In this document: positions 9,094 to 18,567 of the stretch, piece by piece
Position numbering within the stretch: the stretch's first letter is position 1
How the letters are laid out: each line of letters starts with the position of its first letter
Position numbers and translations under genes: made by a program
Notes under the pieces: generated by a model
Told to the model about the DNA's origin: nothing
Databases searched by the model: none
What the model saw: the letters and a program-made list of their open reading frames with translations, nothing else
Source: a virus
DNA: 64,000 nucleotides
Virus record (IMG/VR): IMGVR_UViG_3300050011_000542
Span: 31,217 to 95,216 of that record
Strand: one strand, 5' to 3'

Positions 9094-10892
9094 TGGGGAC
9101 ATTCAATCCGTATGTGCCGTTACCTGAAACCACGGTAACCGCAACCAAAGCACTTGCTGCCGGCACGATTGGCTCGGTGTTTGTTAATAACACCTCTGGG
9201 TCTGGCATTACGATTACCTTGCCGCCGAACCCATACGACAATCTTGTCATTGATGCTTTCGATGTTGCCGGTACGGCAGGTGCTCATACGATTACCTGGG
9301 TCGGAGCTGCCGGGGCCACTATCGGCGGTTCTTCCAGCTACCTTATGTCGGTTAATTTCGCCGCCATCAAGTTTTACTATTCGACGGCGGCAGGCGGTTG
9401 GTTTGTTGATCTAACAGCTTCTACCTATGCGTCTAATGCCGCAACGTCGGCGACGGCTGCAGCATCTTCAGCTACTGCAGCGGCAGGGTCTGCAACCACG
9501 GCGACTACACAGGCAGGCAATGCCGCGACTTCGGCTACCGCTGCTGCCTCTAGCGCGACTGCTGCAGCATCGAGCGCAACAGGAGCTGCAACTTCTGCTA
9601 CCACAGCTACGACGCAAGCTACCACAGCTACGACGCAAGCCACCACAGCTACGACGCAAGCGGGTATAGCGACTACCCAGGCAGGCAATGCCGCGACTTC
9701 AGCCACAGCCGCAGCAAGTTCTGCCACGGCCGCTGCTGCAAGTGCTACCGCTGCAGCGGGGTCGGCTACGGCTGCAGCGGGGTCAGCTGCCACTGCCCTG
9801 ACAACTATAGCCGGCGCTATTAATGGCGTGTCGGTAGCCAAAACAGCAGCCTACACAGTAGCAAATTCCGATAAACGGCTTACGCTTAGTTTCGGAGGCA
9901 GCACTGGCTACACTGTTACTGTTCCTTCAGCAGCGGGCTTTGACTCCGACTTCCAGGTACGGCTCTTTAATGCAGATGCAGGTCGTGCCAAAACGATAGC
10001 TATAACCGGGTATTCTAATTTCTTTCTGTGGCCATTGCAGTCGGTAATTGTTCATAACATCGGTGGCACTTGGGAAATGTACCCACGTACCCAACGCTGG
10101 ATACTACCTGGCGGCGGCATTCCTATGTATGTAGATCCAAGTGGCGGCCCGACTAATGACGGTCTGACGCTAGGATCAGCCAAGGCTACGATATTAGATG
10201 CTTGGAATACTATTAGGGATCAAACCGATGGTCCTCTATTTATTCAGCTTACGCCAGGGGTTACTTACTCAGTTATTGCTGGGGGAGGGGCTGTTTCAGG
10301 AGAGCTAGACGGGGACACAACTTCATCGTTTGGTAGACTAATACAGATTGTCGGAGATCCTACTCTAGTAAACCCGCCTATTTTGATTTGTGGTAGTGGC
10401 CAGTCGTGCATTGTTCTTAGAGACGGTGCTTGGAGCATCATCCATGGCATTTCTTTCAAGACAGTTGGCAATAGTAGCACCGGAGTTAATATTCAACAAA
10501 AAGCTCTTGGGGATATACAAGATTGTACTTGGGATATTTTTCCGCTTGGCTATCATATAATTGTTGATGATGATGGCGATGCTAATATGGCTGGCGCTAT
10601 GAAATTTGTTGGCAGCACTTCTATGCTTGCTCACATTTATGTTGGTCATAAAGGTAAGGTACTTTCTGGAGCAAGCTTCGATGGTACGGGTCAAACCGTA
10701 GCCTTTACAGTTGGTTTTATACAGTTGGATTTACATGCGGAAGCAACCTTCAACGGCTCGTCATTCGCTAATTTTGGCTCCTTTACCGGCCCCAAATACT
10801 TTATCACACACAGCAGTTTTTTAACTCAAGGGGGCCTTACTTTTCCAGGAAATGCCTCCGGCTCGGCTGATGGCACGAGCTTGGCATTCTAG
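9093..10892 (+). CDS. tail fibre/spike protein
   Basis: Ala/Thr/Ser repeat stalk (AATSATAAASSA) followed by a beta-helix-like C-terminal domain. Confidence 0.75.
   Translation: MGTFNPYVPLPETTVTATKALAAGTIGSVFVNNTSGSGITITLPPNPYDNLVIDAFDVAGTAGAHTITWVGAAGATIGGSSSYLMSVNFAAIKFYYSTAAGGWFVDLTASTYASNAATSATAAASSATAAAGSATTATTQAGNAATSATAAASSATAAASSATGAATSATTATTQATTATTQATTATTQAGIATTQAGNAATSATAAASSATAAAASATAAAGSATAAAGSAATALTTIAGAINGVSVAKTAAYTVANSDKRLTLSFGGSTGYTVTVPSAAGFDSDFQVRLFNADAGRAKTIAITGYSNFFLWPLQSVIVHNIGGTWEMYPRTQRWILPGGGIPMYVDPSGGPTNDGLTLGSAKATILDAWNTIRDQTDGPLFIQLTPGVTYSVIAGGGAVSGELDGDTTSSFGRLIQIVGDPTLVNPPILICGSGQSCIVLRDGAWSIIHGISFKTVGNSSTGVNIQQKALGDIQDCTWDIFPLGYHIIVDDDGDANMAGAMKFVGSTSMLAHIYVGHKGKVLSGASFDGTGQTVAFTVGFIQLDLHAEATFNGSSFANFGSFTGPKYFITHSSFLTQGGLTFPGNASGSADGTSLAF
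9427..9795 (+). repeat. low-complexity 21-bp-period repeats encoding the fibre stalk
   Basis: Tandem ACCACAGCTACGACGCAAGCN copies; CAGGCAGGCAATGCCGCGACTTC occurs twice. Confidence 0.8.
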
Positions 10893-10900
10893 GTGTAACC

Positions 10901-11497
10901 ATGGATACCACCTTGACTACCATCACATTGTCTGCCCCGCCTGGAGTTACGCGAGTTCCTTACGGTAATTTCTTTATTATCGTCGAGCCGGACGGGACGA
11001 TCCAAATACCTCCTGTCGCAGTGCCCACAATGCTTGCCGAAGGCTGTTCTCTGGTTAATGGAGTAGGGGGAGTACCTTCCACGTCTGACCTGGCCGCAGC
11101 AGCTATAGTCCCTGCCAGCCATGTGGCCACTGCTTCTCAGGACGAACTTTCTTACTACCTGGGCATTCACGGAGTCGCCAGTAGTGTTCTACAGCTTATG
11201 GCGCTACCCCAGATGAGGACTCAAGCGGTCACGATTGCTGAAGCGCAGGCATTGAAAGCCCTGGTGATTAGTAAAGCCGCGTTTATCAATCTGTTTACGG
11301 ACGCAGAATTTCTCGCCATTGCCACAGCGGCCCCGACGAATCCAAGGATCAATGTCTGGCTGATTAAAGCCCAGGCCAGGGATCAAATCGATCTTACCGA
11401 CCCTCTGGCCAAGCAGGGTCTGGATGCCTTGGTAGCTGCTTCTCTCCTGTCTGGGCCGCGCGAGACCGCGATCCTCGCAAATCAGAAACCAAGCTAA
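10901..11497 (+). CDS. tail-fibre-associated protein
   Basis: C-terminal FINLFT-AE..IDL-DP...GL-ALV-A-LLS-R-AIL pattern typical of fibre-associated phage proteins. Confidence 0.6.
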   Translation: MDTTLTTITLSAPPGVTRVPYGNFFIIVEPDGTIQIPPVAVPTMLAEGCSLVNGVGGVPSTSDLAAAAIVPASHVATASQDELSYYLGIHGVASSVLQLMALPQMRTQAVTIAEAQALKALVISKAAFINLFTDAEFLAIATAAPTNPRINVWLIKAQARDQIDLTDPLAKQGLDALVAASLLSGPRETAILANQKPS

Positions 11498-11556
11498 AAA
11501 CCGTTTAGGGGATGAATGAGGCTGCAATCGATTGCAGCGCCCTGGACGAGAGCACC

Positions 11557-11919
11557 ATGAACAACAACCCAAAGATCGTTTTTGTAGCGTCCCTGTTCAC
11601 GTCCAAGATTTTCTGGGCGCAGGTCGTAGCCATTGTTGCAACCTTGGCGACCATGAGTGGCTTTCATCCGGGCTGGGCGACTGAAGCTAACCAGGCCGAG
11701 CTCGTCGGTATGATCGACATGTTTGCGACCACGGCGCTTCGTATCTGGGGATTTAGTGGCCCGGTCTCCCTGACCGCCCCGATCTCGGCCCTGGCTCCGC
11801 AAGAGCTTACTGCTGGCGTGCATACGGTAACTGTCACGCCGCCAGTGCCTGTACCGGCTCCGGTGCCCGTCCTCACCATCTCTTCGGCGCCGCTTCCGGG
11901 GCTGGCCCCGGTCGCCTAA
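11557..11919 (+). CDS. holin-like membrane protein
   Basis: SK-FWAQ motif with two TM helices ending in ALR. Confidence 0.55.
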   Translation: MNNNPKIVFVASLFTSKIFWAQVVAIVATLATMSGFHPGWATEANQAELVGMIDMFATTALRIWGFSGPVSLTAPISALAPQELTAGVHTVTVTPPVPVPAPVPVLTISSAPLPGLAPVA

Positions 11920-11946
11920 TCAAGTTCAACCACGGAGGGTTTATCT

Positions 11947-12375
11947 ATGAGTAAAAGTATCATTGCTGCACTGGGTCTCACTGTCGCTCTCGGGGCTTGT
12001 GCCCCGGTTGCACCGAACGGTGTTAACCCGGTTGCCAGTCTGGAAACCACGCTGTCTTCGCCGGCAGGGCAGGCGTTCGTAACCAACCTGGTGGGTACGG
12101 CTTTCCCGCAGCTGAACACGATCGTTGCCAAGGGCTCGGCGGCTTCGGCTGCTGACCTTCAAAAGGTTGCCTATTGGCTGCCTTGGGTTCAGGGCGCTGT
12201 CGTGCTGTTCGGCCCGACCATCATGACGCCTGACGAGGTTACCAAGGTCAGTCAGGGCATTTCGCAGGTGTCGGCGCTGGTCGCCAATCCGCCTGCTGAT
12301 GTGAGCTCGGTGATGGTTACGGTTGGCCAGCTGGTCACCACGGTGCAGGCCGACCTCAAGCCGGCCCTGAAGTAA
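11947..12375 (+). CDS. lipoprotein
   Basis: Lipobox ALGAC; hairpin RBS. Confidence 0.7.
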   Translation: MSKSIIAALGLTVALGACAPVAPNGVNPVASLETTLSSPAGQAFVTNLVGTAFPQLNTIVAKGSAASAADLQKVAYWLPWVQGAVVLFGPTIMTPDEVTKVSQGISQVSALVANPPADVSSVMVTVGQLVTTVQADLKPALK

Positions 12376-12680
12376 TGCCTATCCGTACCTGGCTTCTAGT
12401 GAGCCTAGCTTGCCTCGGGGCTTGTCAACCGCTCACTGGGAGTCAGGTTCAGGATACGGAGATTATACGACAAAGAATTGTCGGGGCTTGTCTGCTAACG
12501 CCGCTGTTTAAGCCGGTTGACACCGCCCTGACCGCTGCTATCCCAGCCGCCACTATCCCTGTCGACTTGAAGAACCTTGGTGTGGACATCGTGTGCAAGA
12601 ACCCGGCGTTCTTCGCTGCGCAAAACGCCACGACGGCTGATTGGGTAATGGCCCAGCTAAAGCCCTATTTCAGAGACTGA
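12375..12680 (+). CDS. lipoprotein
   Basis: Lipobox CLGAC; coupled to the previous gene. Confidence 0.6.
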   Translation: MPIRTWLLVSLACLGACQPLTGSQVQDTEIIRQRIVGACLLTPLFKPVDTALTAAIPAATIPVDLKNLGVDIVCKNPAFFAAQNATTADWVMAQLKPYFRD

Positions 12681-12682
12681 TC

Positions 12683-13333
12683 ATGCTCGATCTTGTAATC
12701 ATCAATACCTCGGTGAAATTCAGCAGTTCGCTTATTGCTGCGATGATCCCGGCTTTGCAGCGCCAGGTTAGCGGGGACTTTGCCCCGCTGTGGGGTATCG
12801 ACGCGACCCTGCATTTCGATACCCAAGATCCTGGCAATGTGCCGTATCGGGTGATCCTCAAAGACCAGACCGATGATCCCAAGGATCTGGGCTTCCATCT
12901 GCTCGACAACGGATGCCCCGAAGCCCGTGTTTTCTGTGACACGCTGCCAGAAAACCAGGCGGCAAGCGTTCTCGGGCACGAAATCATGGAGATGTTAGCC
13001 GACCCGCTAACCAATCGTATGGCCAAGGACGGTCGGCACATCATCGAAGTCTGCGACCCGTGTGAAGAGAATGGCTACATGATCGATGGCGAGTTTGTCA
13101 GCGATTTTGTGACGCCCAGCTATTTCGGTTTCGATTCCGGTACTCGATACGATTTCAACAGGCAGCTTGCTGGGCCGTGCCCGCTCTTGATGCCCGGTGG
13201 ATACATTATGGAGCTTGTCAACAATCAGTGGACGAGCCACTTCGGACGTCGAGCTGACGGTACTATAAACCCACGCGCGCTTGAGTCCGGTCGCAGCCAA
13301 TGGCGGGCAGCTCAGGGCATTTCGACCAAATAA
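12683..13333 (+). CDS. putative zinc metallopeptidase-like protein
   Basis: LGFH, GHEIMEMLADP, EVCDPCE and SDFVTPSYF motifs. Confidence 0.65.
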   Translation: MLDLVIINTSVKFSSSLIAAMIPALQRQVSGDFAPLWGIDATLHFDTQDPGNVPYRVILKDQTDDPKDLGFHLLDNGCPEARVFCDTLPENQAASVLGHEIMEMLADPLTNRMAKDGRHIIEVCDPCEENGYMIDGEFVSDFVTPSYFGFDSGTRYDFNRQLAGPCPLLMPGGYIMELVNNQWTSHFGRRADGTINPRALESGRSQWRAAQGISTK

Positions 13334-13360
13334 TTCTCTACCTCACCACGGATGGTGACC

Positions 13361-14041
13361 ATGCTTACCGATCTCGACCTAGTAAAGCTGCAGCTTGCTG
13401 CTTACGAATATGACGGCATGCCATTTGCCTGGGATTGGTCGGCCCAGATAAAGAGCGATAACATCGTCCTGGGCGGTATCAAGAATGTCGGTGACGATCA
13501 GGTTTTGATCTTCCCTGGCACGCGCACGCTCGACGAGTGGCGCATGAACTTTCAGGCTTTGCCAGAGAGCACGGACCACCCGGTGTTCGGGCCAGTGCAT
13601 CGGGGCTTTTTCACTGGGCTTGAGCCTTTCGTTACCATGGCCCAGACTCATCTGAATCCCAATAAGACGATCTATGTAGTCGGCCATTCTCGGGGCGCTG
13701 CAGAAGCACCACTGGCAGCTGCATTGCTGCGTATGGCCGGGCTCCTGGTCACTCGCATCGTGATGTTCGCGCCCCCCAAGACCGGCGAAGCCAAGTTCGT
13801 CGCTTTCATGGCCCCGGTCGACAAGGTACTGTATCGAAACTCAGGCCCAGACGGGCATGACTATGTTACCGATGTCCCTGCTTACATTCCTGGACTTGCC
13901 CCGTATGTGCATCTGGCAGGTCTAACCGATGTAAGAGGGGAGCCCGATCCCCTAGATGCCTGGGGGCTTTTCCGGTTCCACCACATTCAGTATTATTTAC
14001 AAGGACTTAGCAGTCTTTACGCTCTCAAAGGTGTCCAGTAA
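13361..14041 (+). CDS. class 3 lipase (alpha/beta hydrolase)
   Basis: F-GT..EW, VHRGF, GHSRG nucleophile elbow, DYVT-VP, C-terminal His. Confidence 0.85.
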   Translation: MLTDLDLVKLQLAAYEYDGMPFAWDWSAQIKSDNIVLGGIKNVGDDQVLIFPGTRTLDEWRMNFQALPESTDHPVFGPVHRGFFTGLEPFVTMAQTHLNPNKTIYVVGHSRGAAEAPLAAALLRMAGLLVTRIVMFAPPKTGEAKFVAFMAPVDKVLYRNSGPDGHDYVTDVPAYIPGLAPYVHLAGLTDVRGEPDPLDAWGLFRFHHIQYYLQGLSSLYALKGVQ

Positions 14042-14559
14042 TGGACATCTACGACCTTATGTGGCTTGTCGGCTATTTAGAAGGAGAAGGCACTTTTATC
14101 TGCTCTATTATGAAAGGAGGCAGATACGCCAGTATCCAAATATCAGGATCATCAACTGATGAGGACATAGCAGCAAGAGCCAGCGCCCTTCTTGGCAAGC
14201 CCTCAATAGGCCCTTATACAAACAAAGGATCGCTTGGTAAAAAACCTTATTGGATATTTGCCATATCAGGAGAGCGGGCAGCCAGATTAATGGTAAAATT
14301 ACCACCATTTATGGGCATTCACCGTCAAGCCCAGATAGATAAATCTTTAGCTCTCTGGGAAGCACGGCCTACGAGACATCGTGAAACTGGGCTCCCTCCT
14401 GATTGCCACCCCGATAAAGTCCACTATGCTCGGGGCCTGTGCCGGCCTTGCCATTACAAGTTCTTTCGGTACGATATCCATAAATTAAGCGAGGAAGCGA
14501 TAACTGATCGCTTAGCTCAGCGGCCAATGTCACTTTATGCAAGGGCACTAGGAGCCTAG
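14041..14559 (+). CDS. free-standing LAGLIDADG homing endonuclease with C-terminal Cys/His motif
   Basis: WLVGYLEGEGTF motif; CHPD..YARGLCRPC. Confidence 0.75.
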   Translation: MDIYDLMWLVGYLEGEGTFICSIMKGGRYASIQISGSSTDEDIAARASALLGKPSIGPYTNKGSLGKKPYWIFAISGERAARLMVKLPPFMGIHRQAQIDKSLALWEARPTRHRETGLPPDCHPDKVHYARGLCRPCHYKFFRYDIHKLSEEAITDRLAQRPMSLYARALGA

Positions 14560-14678
14560 CTGCTCTGCAATCAATTGCAGCGGTGTGTCACTGGCTCCAG
14601 TAGCTATTCAAACCTCTCGTTATGGCTTTAGTCGAGGTGTGAGCCTCGAACCAGGATGGTTTGAGAGGCTACGTTGCC

Positions 14679-15068
14679 ATGAAGAGGTTGTTGGCTCTTC
14701 TTTGTGTAGTCGCTCTGGCGGGTTTTCCGATCAGCCGGGCTTATGCTGACACGGTTGTAAACACCGGCCCCAGCGGGCTTGATCACAGCGGAAATCCTCC
14801 TTCGCTCAGCGGTCTTACTCTGCTGGCGACGATTGCCCCGAACAACAATCGCAAAGGGTACTTCGTTCAGGCCCAATGCACGGCCGGACTCACTGTTGTA
14901 TTCGATGACGCAGCGGGTTCGACCACCGCAACTGTAGTGGTACTCGGAGGAGCGGCGTCTAACGGAGCCCAGGGTGGCTCTGTAAATATGGCGGGTATGC
15001 CTCACCAGGGTCGTATCAGGATCTACTCCAGCTCGGCTGGGTGTCAGATGGCTTCGCGTGTCTGGTAA
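14679..15068 (+). CDS. exported hypothetical protein
   Basis: Sec signal MKRLLALLCVVALAG..AYA. Confidence 0.7.
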   Translation: MKRLLALLCVVALAGFPISRAYADTVVNTGPSGLDHSGNPPSLSGLTLLATIAPNNNRKGYFVQAQCTAGLTVVFDDAAGSTTATVVVLGGAASNGAQGGSVNMAGMPHQGRIRIYSSSAGCQMASRVW

Positions 15069-15313
15069 TGAAAAGTCGGACCCGTATAGCTGTAGTTGCG
15101 GCGGCCTTAATAGTTGTCGCTGCTCTCAGCTCAGTCGCAAACGCTTGTATCGACCAGACTTTTGGTAGCACCGAAAACGACCCCGGTTCCTGTTCTGGGC
15201 TAGGTATCGGATTTCCTTTTACCGCAGCAGCACCACCGTCTGGATGCTCGGCTATTCAGCTAGATCAGACGGTTTCTTGCAACGCGGCGTCATTACCAAT
15301 TTTGGGGATGTAA
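15068..15313 (+). CDS. small exported Cys-containing protein
   Basis: Signal peptide ending ANA; coupled start. Confidence 0.55.
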   Translation: MKSRTRIAVVAAALIVVAALSSVANACIDQTFGSTENDPGSCSGLGIGFPFTAAAPPSGCSAIQLDQTVSCNAASLPILGM

Positions 15314-15316
15314 ATC

Positions 15317-15616
15317 GTGAAGAAACGCTCAATCATTGTAGGTTTATTTACGCTGCTTTCAGTTAGCCCGGCGATGGCCTGGGAGCCGTCCAAGGACGCC
15401 CCGGCCTGGGCCAGAAGTTTACCAGCGGTACACGGCGCTCTGCAGGCTTGTCGTGACCTGGAAGACTCGGTCCAGACGGCAATGCTCACTGCTCGCGCAC
15501 AATTAAATGCAGCACTTGCTGAGAATTCAGATCTAAAAAGCGCGTTATCCGATGCCATGGCTGATCGCGACAAAGCAGTAGCGCGAGTAAAAGAACTAGA
15601 GTCAGGAGCTCCGTAA
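15317..15616 (+). CDS. exported coiled-coil protein
   Basis: Signal peptide ending PAMA; heptad pattern. Confidence 0.6.
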   Translation: MKKRSIIVGLFTLLSVSPAMAWEPSKDAPAWARSLPAVHGALQACRDLEDSVQTAMLTARAQLNAALAENSDLKSALSDAMADRDKAVARVKELESGAP

Positions 15617-15617
15617 C

Positions 15618-17720
15618 ATGAAAAGGCTCGTAATCGCAGCCGTTGTCGGCGCATTGCTGCATGGCCCTGCGTTTGCGGGGTCGAGCACGATCTCAGTTAA
15701 GGATGCTGGTGGATCTACGATCACTTTCGGAGCCACCACAGACGGGTCTACTAATCTTTATAGCAACTTCGCCATCGTTGACGGCTCAGCTGCCGCCAAT
15801 AAGGCGGGAGTTACGGCGCGCGGTGCGCTCCAGATCGAAGGTGTAGCGAGCGGTACTGCGATTCCGGTCAGTGCGGCTTCGCTGCCGCTTCCGACTGGAG
15901 CCTCGACCAGTGCCAAGCAGCCCGCCTTGGGGACTGCCGGCTCTGCATCAACCGACGTTCTGACCATTCAGGGCGCTGCCAGCATGACCAAGCTACTGGT
16001 CACTGCTGATCCGATCACCGGCACGGTCACGGCCAATGCAGGAACCAACCTCAATACTTCTGCGCTGGCTTTGGAGAGTGGCGGCAACCTCGCAACGATC
16101 GCAGGCAGTATTGTCTCTGGAGGTACGGCCCTTGGGTCGATTAAAAACAGCCTTACTGGTGGCTCGGTAACAACTGCTGCCCCGACCTACACCACTGGTC
16201 AGATTGATCCGCTAAGTCTCAATACATCGGGTGGCTTGCGAGTCGATGGTTCTGGGGTAACCCAGCCGGTCAGCGCGGCCTCCCTCCCGCTTCCCACGGG
16301 GGCCGCCACCTCGGCAATCCAAACTGGTGGCAGCCAGAAGACCCAGATTGTCGACGGCTCTGGCAATGTTATCGCCTCGACCAGCAACAACCTCAACGTC
16401 CAGTGTGCGAACTGTTCTGGCTCTGGGGTGAGCGCGGCGGATGAAGCCTCGTTCACCGCTGGGGCTTCGGTGTTCGCTTCTGGAGGTGGGTTCTTCCAGA
16501 CGACCGCGACCAGCAATCCCCTCACGACCGGCCAGCAGGGCGCCTTCCAGCTGACCGCCAACCGCGCGCTCTTTACCAATCTGCGCAATGCGGCCGGTAC
16601 AGAGGTGGGAACCTCCTCGACACCCCTGCAAGTGAGCCTGGCGAACACCGCAGGCAATGCGACCGCAGTTAAAGTCGATGGCTCGGCGGTGACGCAGCCG
16701 GTTTCCATCTCCGGTAATCAGGCGGTTAACGAGGCACAGATCAACGGCGTCACGCCGCTAATGGGCAACGGCGTTAGCGGCACCGGCTCTCAGCGCGTAA
16801 ACATCGCGTCTGACAACACCGCGTTTTCGGTCAATGCCAATGCTGGCACCAACCTTAATACCTCAGCCCTCGCGCTTGAGTCAGGGGGCAACCTGGCGAC
16901 GATCGCAGGCAATATCGTTTCGCAAGGGACGGCGCTAGGCGCGATAAAAAACGAGCTTATGGGTGCCTCGGTCACGACCGCATCCCCCACCTACACGACG
17001 GGACAGATCAATCCGCTCAGCATGGATACTTCGGGTTCTCTGCGGGTCAATGTCGTCACCGGAGGCACGTCAGGTACGGTAGCGCAAGGTTCGACTACTT
17101 CTGGGCAGTCGGGCATGATGATCCAGGGTGCGGTTACGACCGCAGCCCCGTCATATACTACAGCGCAGACGAGCCCGCTCAGTCTCAATACATCTGGTCA
17201 ACTGCGAGTATCGGTCGAAGCCATAACCAATTCGACGGGCGCTGCGACCGGCGCGAGCGTTCCCTCGAACGCCGGATATGCCGGGGTGCGTGCTACCACG
17301 TCGGAGCCCACGGCCGTTTCGGACGGCCAGCTAGCCGGCGTCATGGCCGATGTCCGTGGCGCCCAGGTGATGCTGCTGGGGGCGGTGCCGCAGAACTACG
17401 TCTCCGGGCTGATCAGCTCGGCCATGACCGGAACCACCAGCACCCAGCTTCTCGCCGCGCCGGCCGCGGGTTTGCGCAATTACGTGACGACCCTGGTCTG
17501 CTCAAACTCGCACGCCACGGTGAGTACGGATGTCGATATCAAGGACGGCAACGCAGGCACCTCGATTTTCACGATCCCGGCAGCCGCAGTCTACGGCGGC
17601 ACGGCGATTTCCTTCCCGGTCCCGCTCAAACAGCCGACGACTGCAACCCGCCTCGACGCCGCTGACGTGACGACCGGCGCTAACGTCCGCTGTGCCGCCG
17701 TAGGGTACAAGGGGGCCTAG
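15618..17720 (+). CDS. exported 700-aa beta-strand repeat protein
   Basis: Signal peptide ending PAFA; internal repeats ANAGTNLNTSALALESGGNLATIAG x2 and VTTA-P-YTT-Q--PLS--TSG-LRV x3. Confidence 0.8.
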   Translation: MKRLVIAAVVGALLHGPAFAGSSTISVKDAGGSTITFGATTDGSTNLYSNFAIVDGSAAANKAGVTARGALQIEGVASGTAIPVSAASLPLPTGASTSAKQPALGTAGSASTDVLTIQGAASMTKLLVTADPITGTVTANAGTNLNTSALALESGGNLATIAGSIVSGGTALGSIKNSLTGGSVTTAAPTYTTGQIDPLSLNTSGGLRVDGSGVTQPVSAASLPLPTGAATSAIQTGGSQKTQIVDGSGNVIASTSNNLNVQCANCSGSGVSAADEASFTAGASVFASGGGFFQTTATSNPLTTGQQGAFQLTANRALFTNLRNAAGTEVGTSSTPLQVSLANTAGNATAVKVDGSAVTQPVSISGNQAVNEAQINGVTPLMGNGVSGTGSQRVNIASDNTAFSVNANAGTNLNTSALALESGGNLATIAGNIVSQGTALGAIKNELMGASVTTASPTYTTGQINPLSMDTSGSLRVNVVTGGTSGTVAQGSTTSGQSGMMIQGAVTTAAPSYTTAQTSPLSLNTSGQLRVSVEAITNSTGAATGASVPSNAGYAGVRATTSEPTAVSDGQLAGVMADVRGAQVMLLGAVPQNYVSGLISSAMTGTTSTQLLAAPAAGLRNYVTTLVCSNSHATVSTDVDIKDGNAGTSIFTIPAAAVYGGTAISFPVPLKQPTTATRLDAADVTTGANVRCAAVGYKGA

Positions 17721-17723
17721 CCG

Positions 17724-18128
17724 ATGCAACGGACTTTCAAGGGTGAGTGGAGCCTCGGCGAGCTTCACGGTTATCCGTTTACGCTCGACGGGCGCGGAGC
17801 CTACACGCAGCTTCATGCCCACGATAAGGGCCATGTCATGCAGGCGACCCGGCGGGTTGGCGTCTATGCTGTGCTGCCGAGTGGTTTCGAGCACGTCGAG
17901 ACCGTGCCGCAGGGCGAGACACGTTACATCAAGGCGCACATACCGCATATCGTCTTTGCGGTCGAGGATGGGTTGACTGAATGTCAGTGCCTGTTCTCCC
18001 GCTACGGCGCTGAGGGAGAGTTTCGCGCCGATCCGAAAGAAGGATCGCGGCAACCCTACGTCGAGACTTGCGACCTCACGCAGTTGCCCGATCTTGTTCA
18101 AAAATGGCTTACCGATGAAGCGGCGTAG
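17724..18128 (+). CDS. hypothetical protein
   Basis: Fills the operon gap. Confidence 0.55.
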   Translation: MQRTFKGEWSLGELHGYPFTLDGRGAYTQLHAHDKGHVMQATRRVGVYAVLPSGFEHVETVPQGETRYIKAHIPHIVFAVEDGLTECQCLFSRYGAEGEFRADPKEGSRQPYVETCDLTQLPDLVQKWLTDEAA

Positions 18129-18567
18129 CGTCCTCCTTGCCGCGCTCGGTGCGCTATTCATTCCCGCATTTCGGCTGAAGGCTGCGGACGTGCCAAAACC
18201 AAGACTTTGCGTGTGGGCGAGCACCCGCAACACTGGGCTGCCGGGCCGACCGCAGCGCGGGGATGTGATCGACATCCTCGACACGACGCAGCACCCCGGC
18301 CGTAGCGTCTATGGACATCCCGACTTCCGCATCGTCGATGTCAACATGCAGTGCGACAATCCGAAGCGCGAGCTGGCTAAGTGGATCGCCCGCGACGATG
18401 CGCCGGAAGGTTTCCTGTCCTGGCATCGCAAGTTCACCCTCGACCTCGATGCGATTGAGCGAGCCGAACGCCGCCGCCTTGCGGTCGATGATGTGATCGT
18501 GACGCTGCCGGGCAATCTCTTGGTTAAGCCTAAGCTGATGCTGCCCGATCCGAGGATCATCGGATGA
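18115..18567 (+). CDS. hypothetical protein with twin-arginine-like leader
   Basis: MKRRSVLLAALGALFIPA. Confidence 0.6.
   Translation: MKRRSVLLAALGALFIPAFRLKAADVPKPRLCVWASTRNTGLPGRPQRGDVIDILDTTQHPGRSVYGHPDFRIVDVNMQCDNPKRELAKWIARDDAPEGFLSWHRKFTLDLDAIERAERRRLAVDDVIVTLPGNLLVKPKLMLPDPRIIG

Noticed and set aside
14005-14559. Similar C-termini of lipase (SLYALKG) and endonuclease (SLYARALG) as an insertion-site duplication
   Set aside because: Only four residues match and the nucleotide match is poor.
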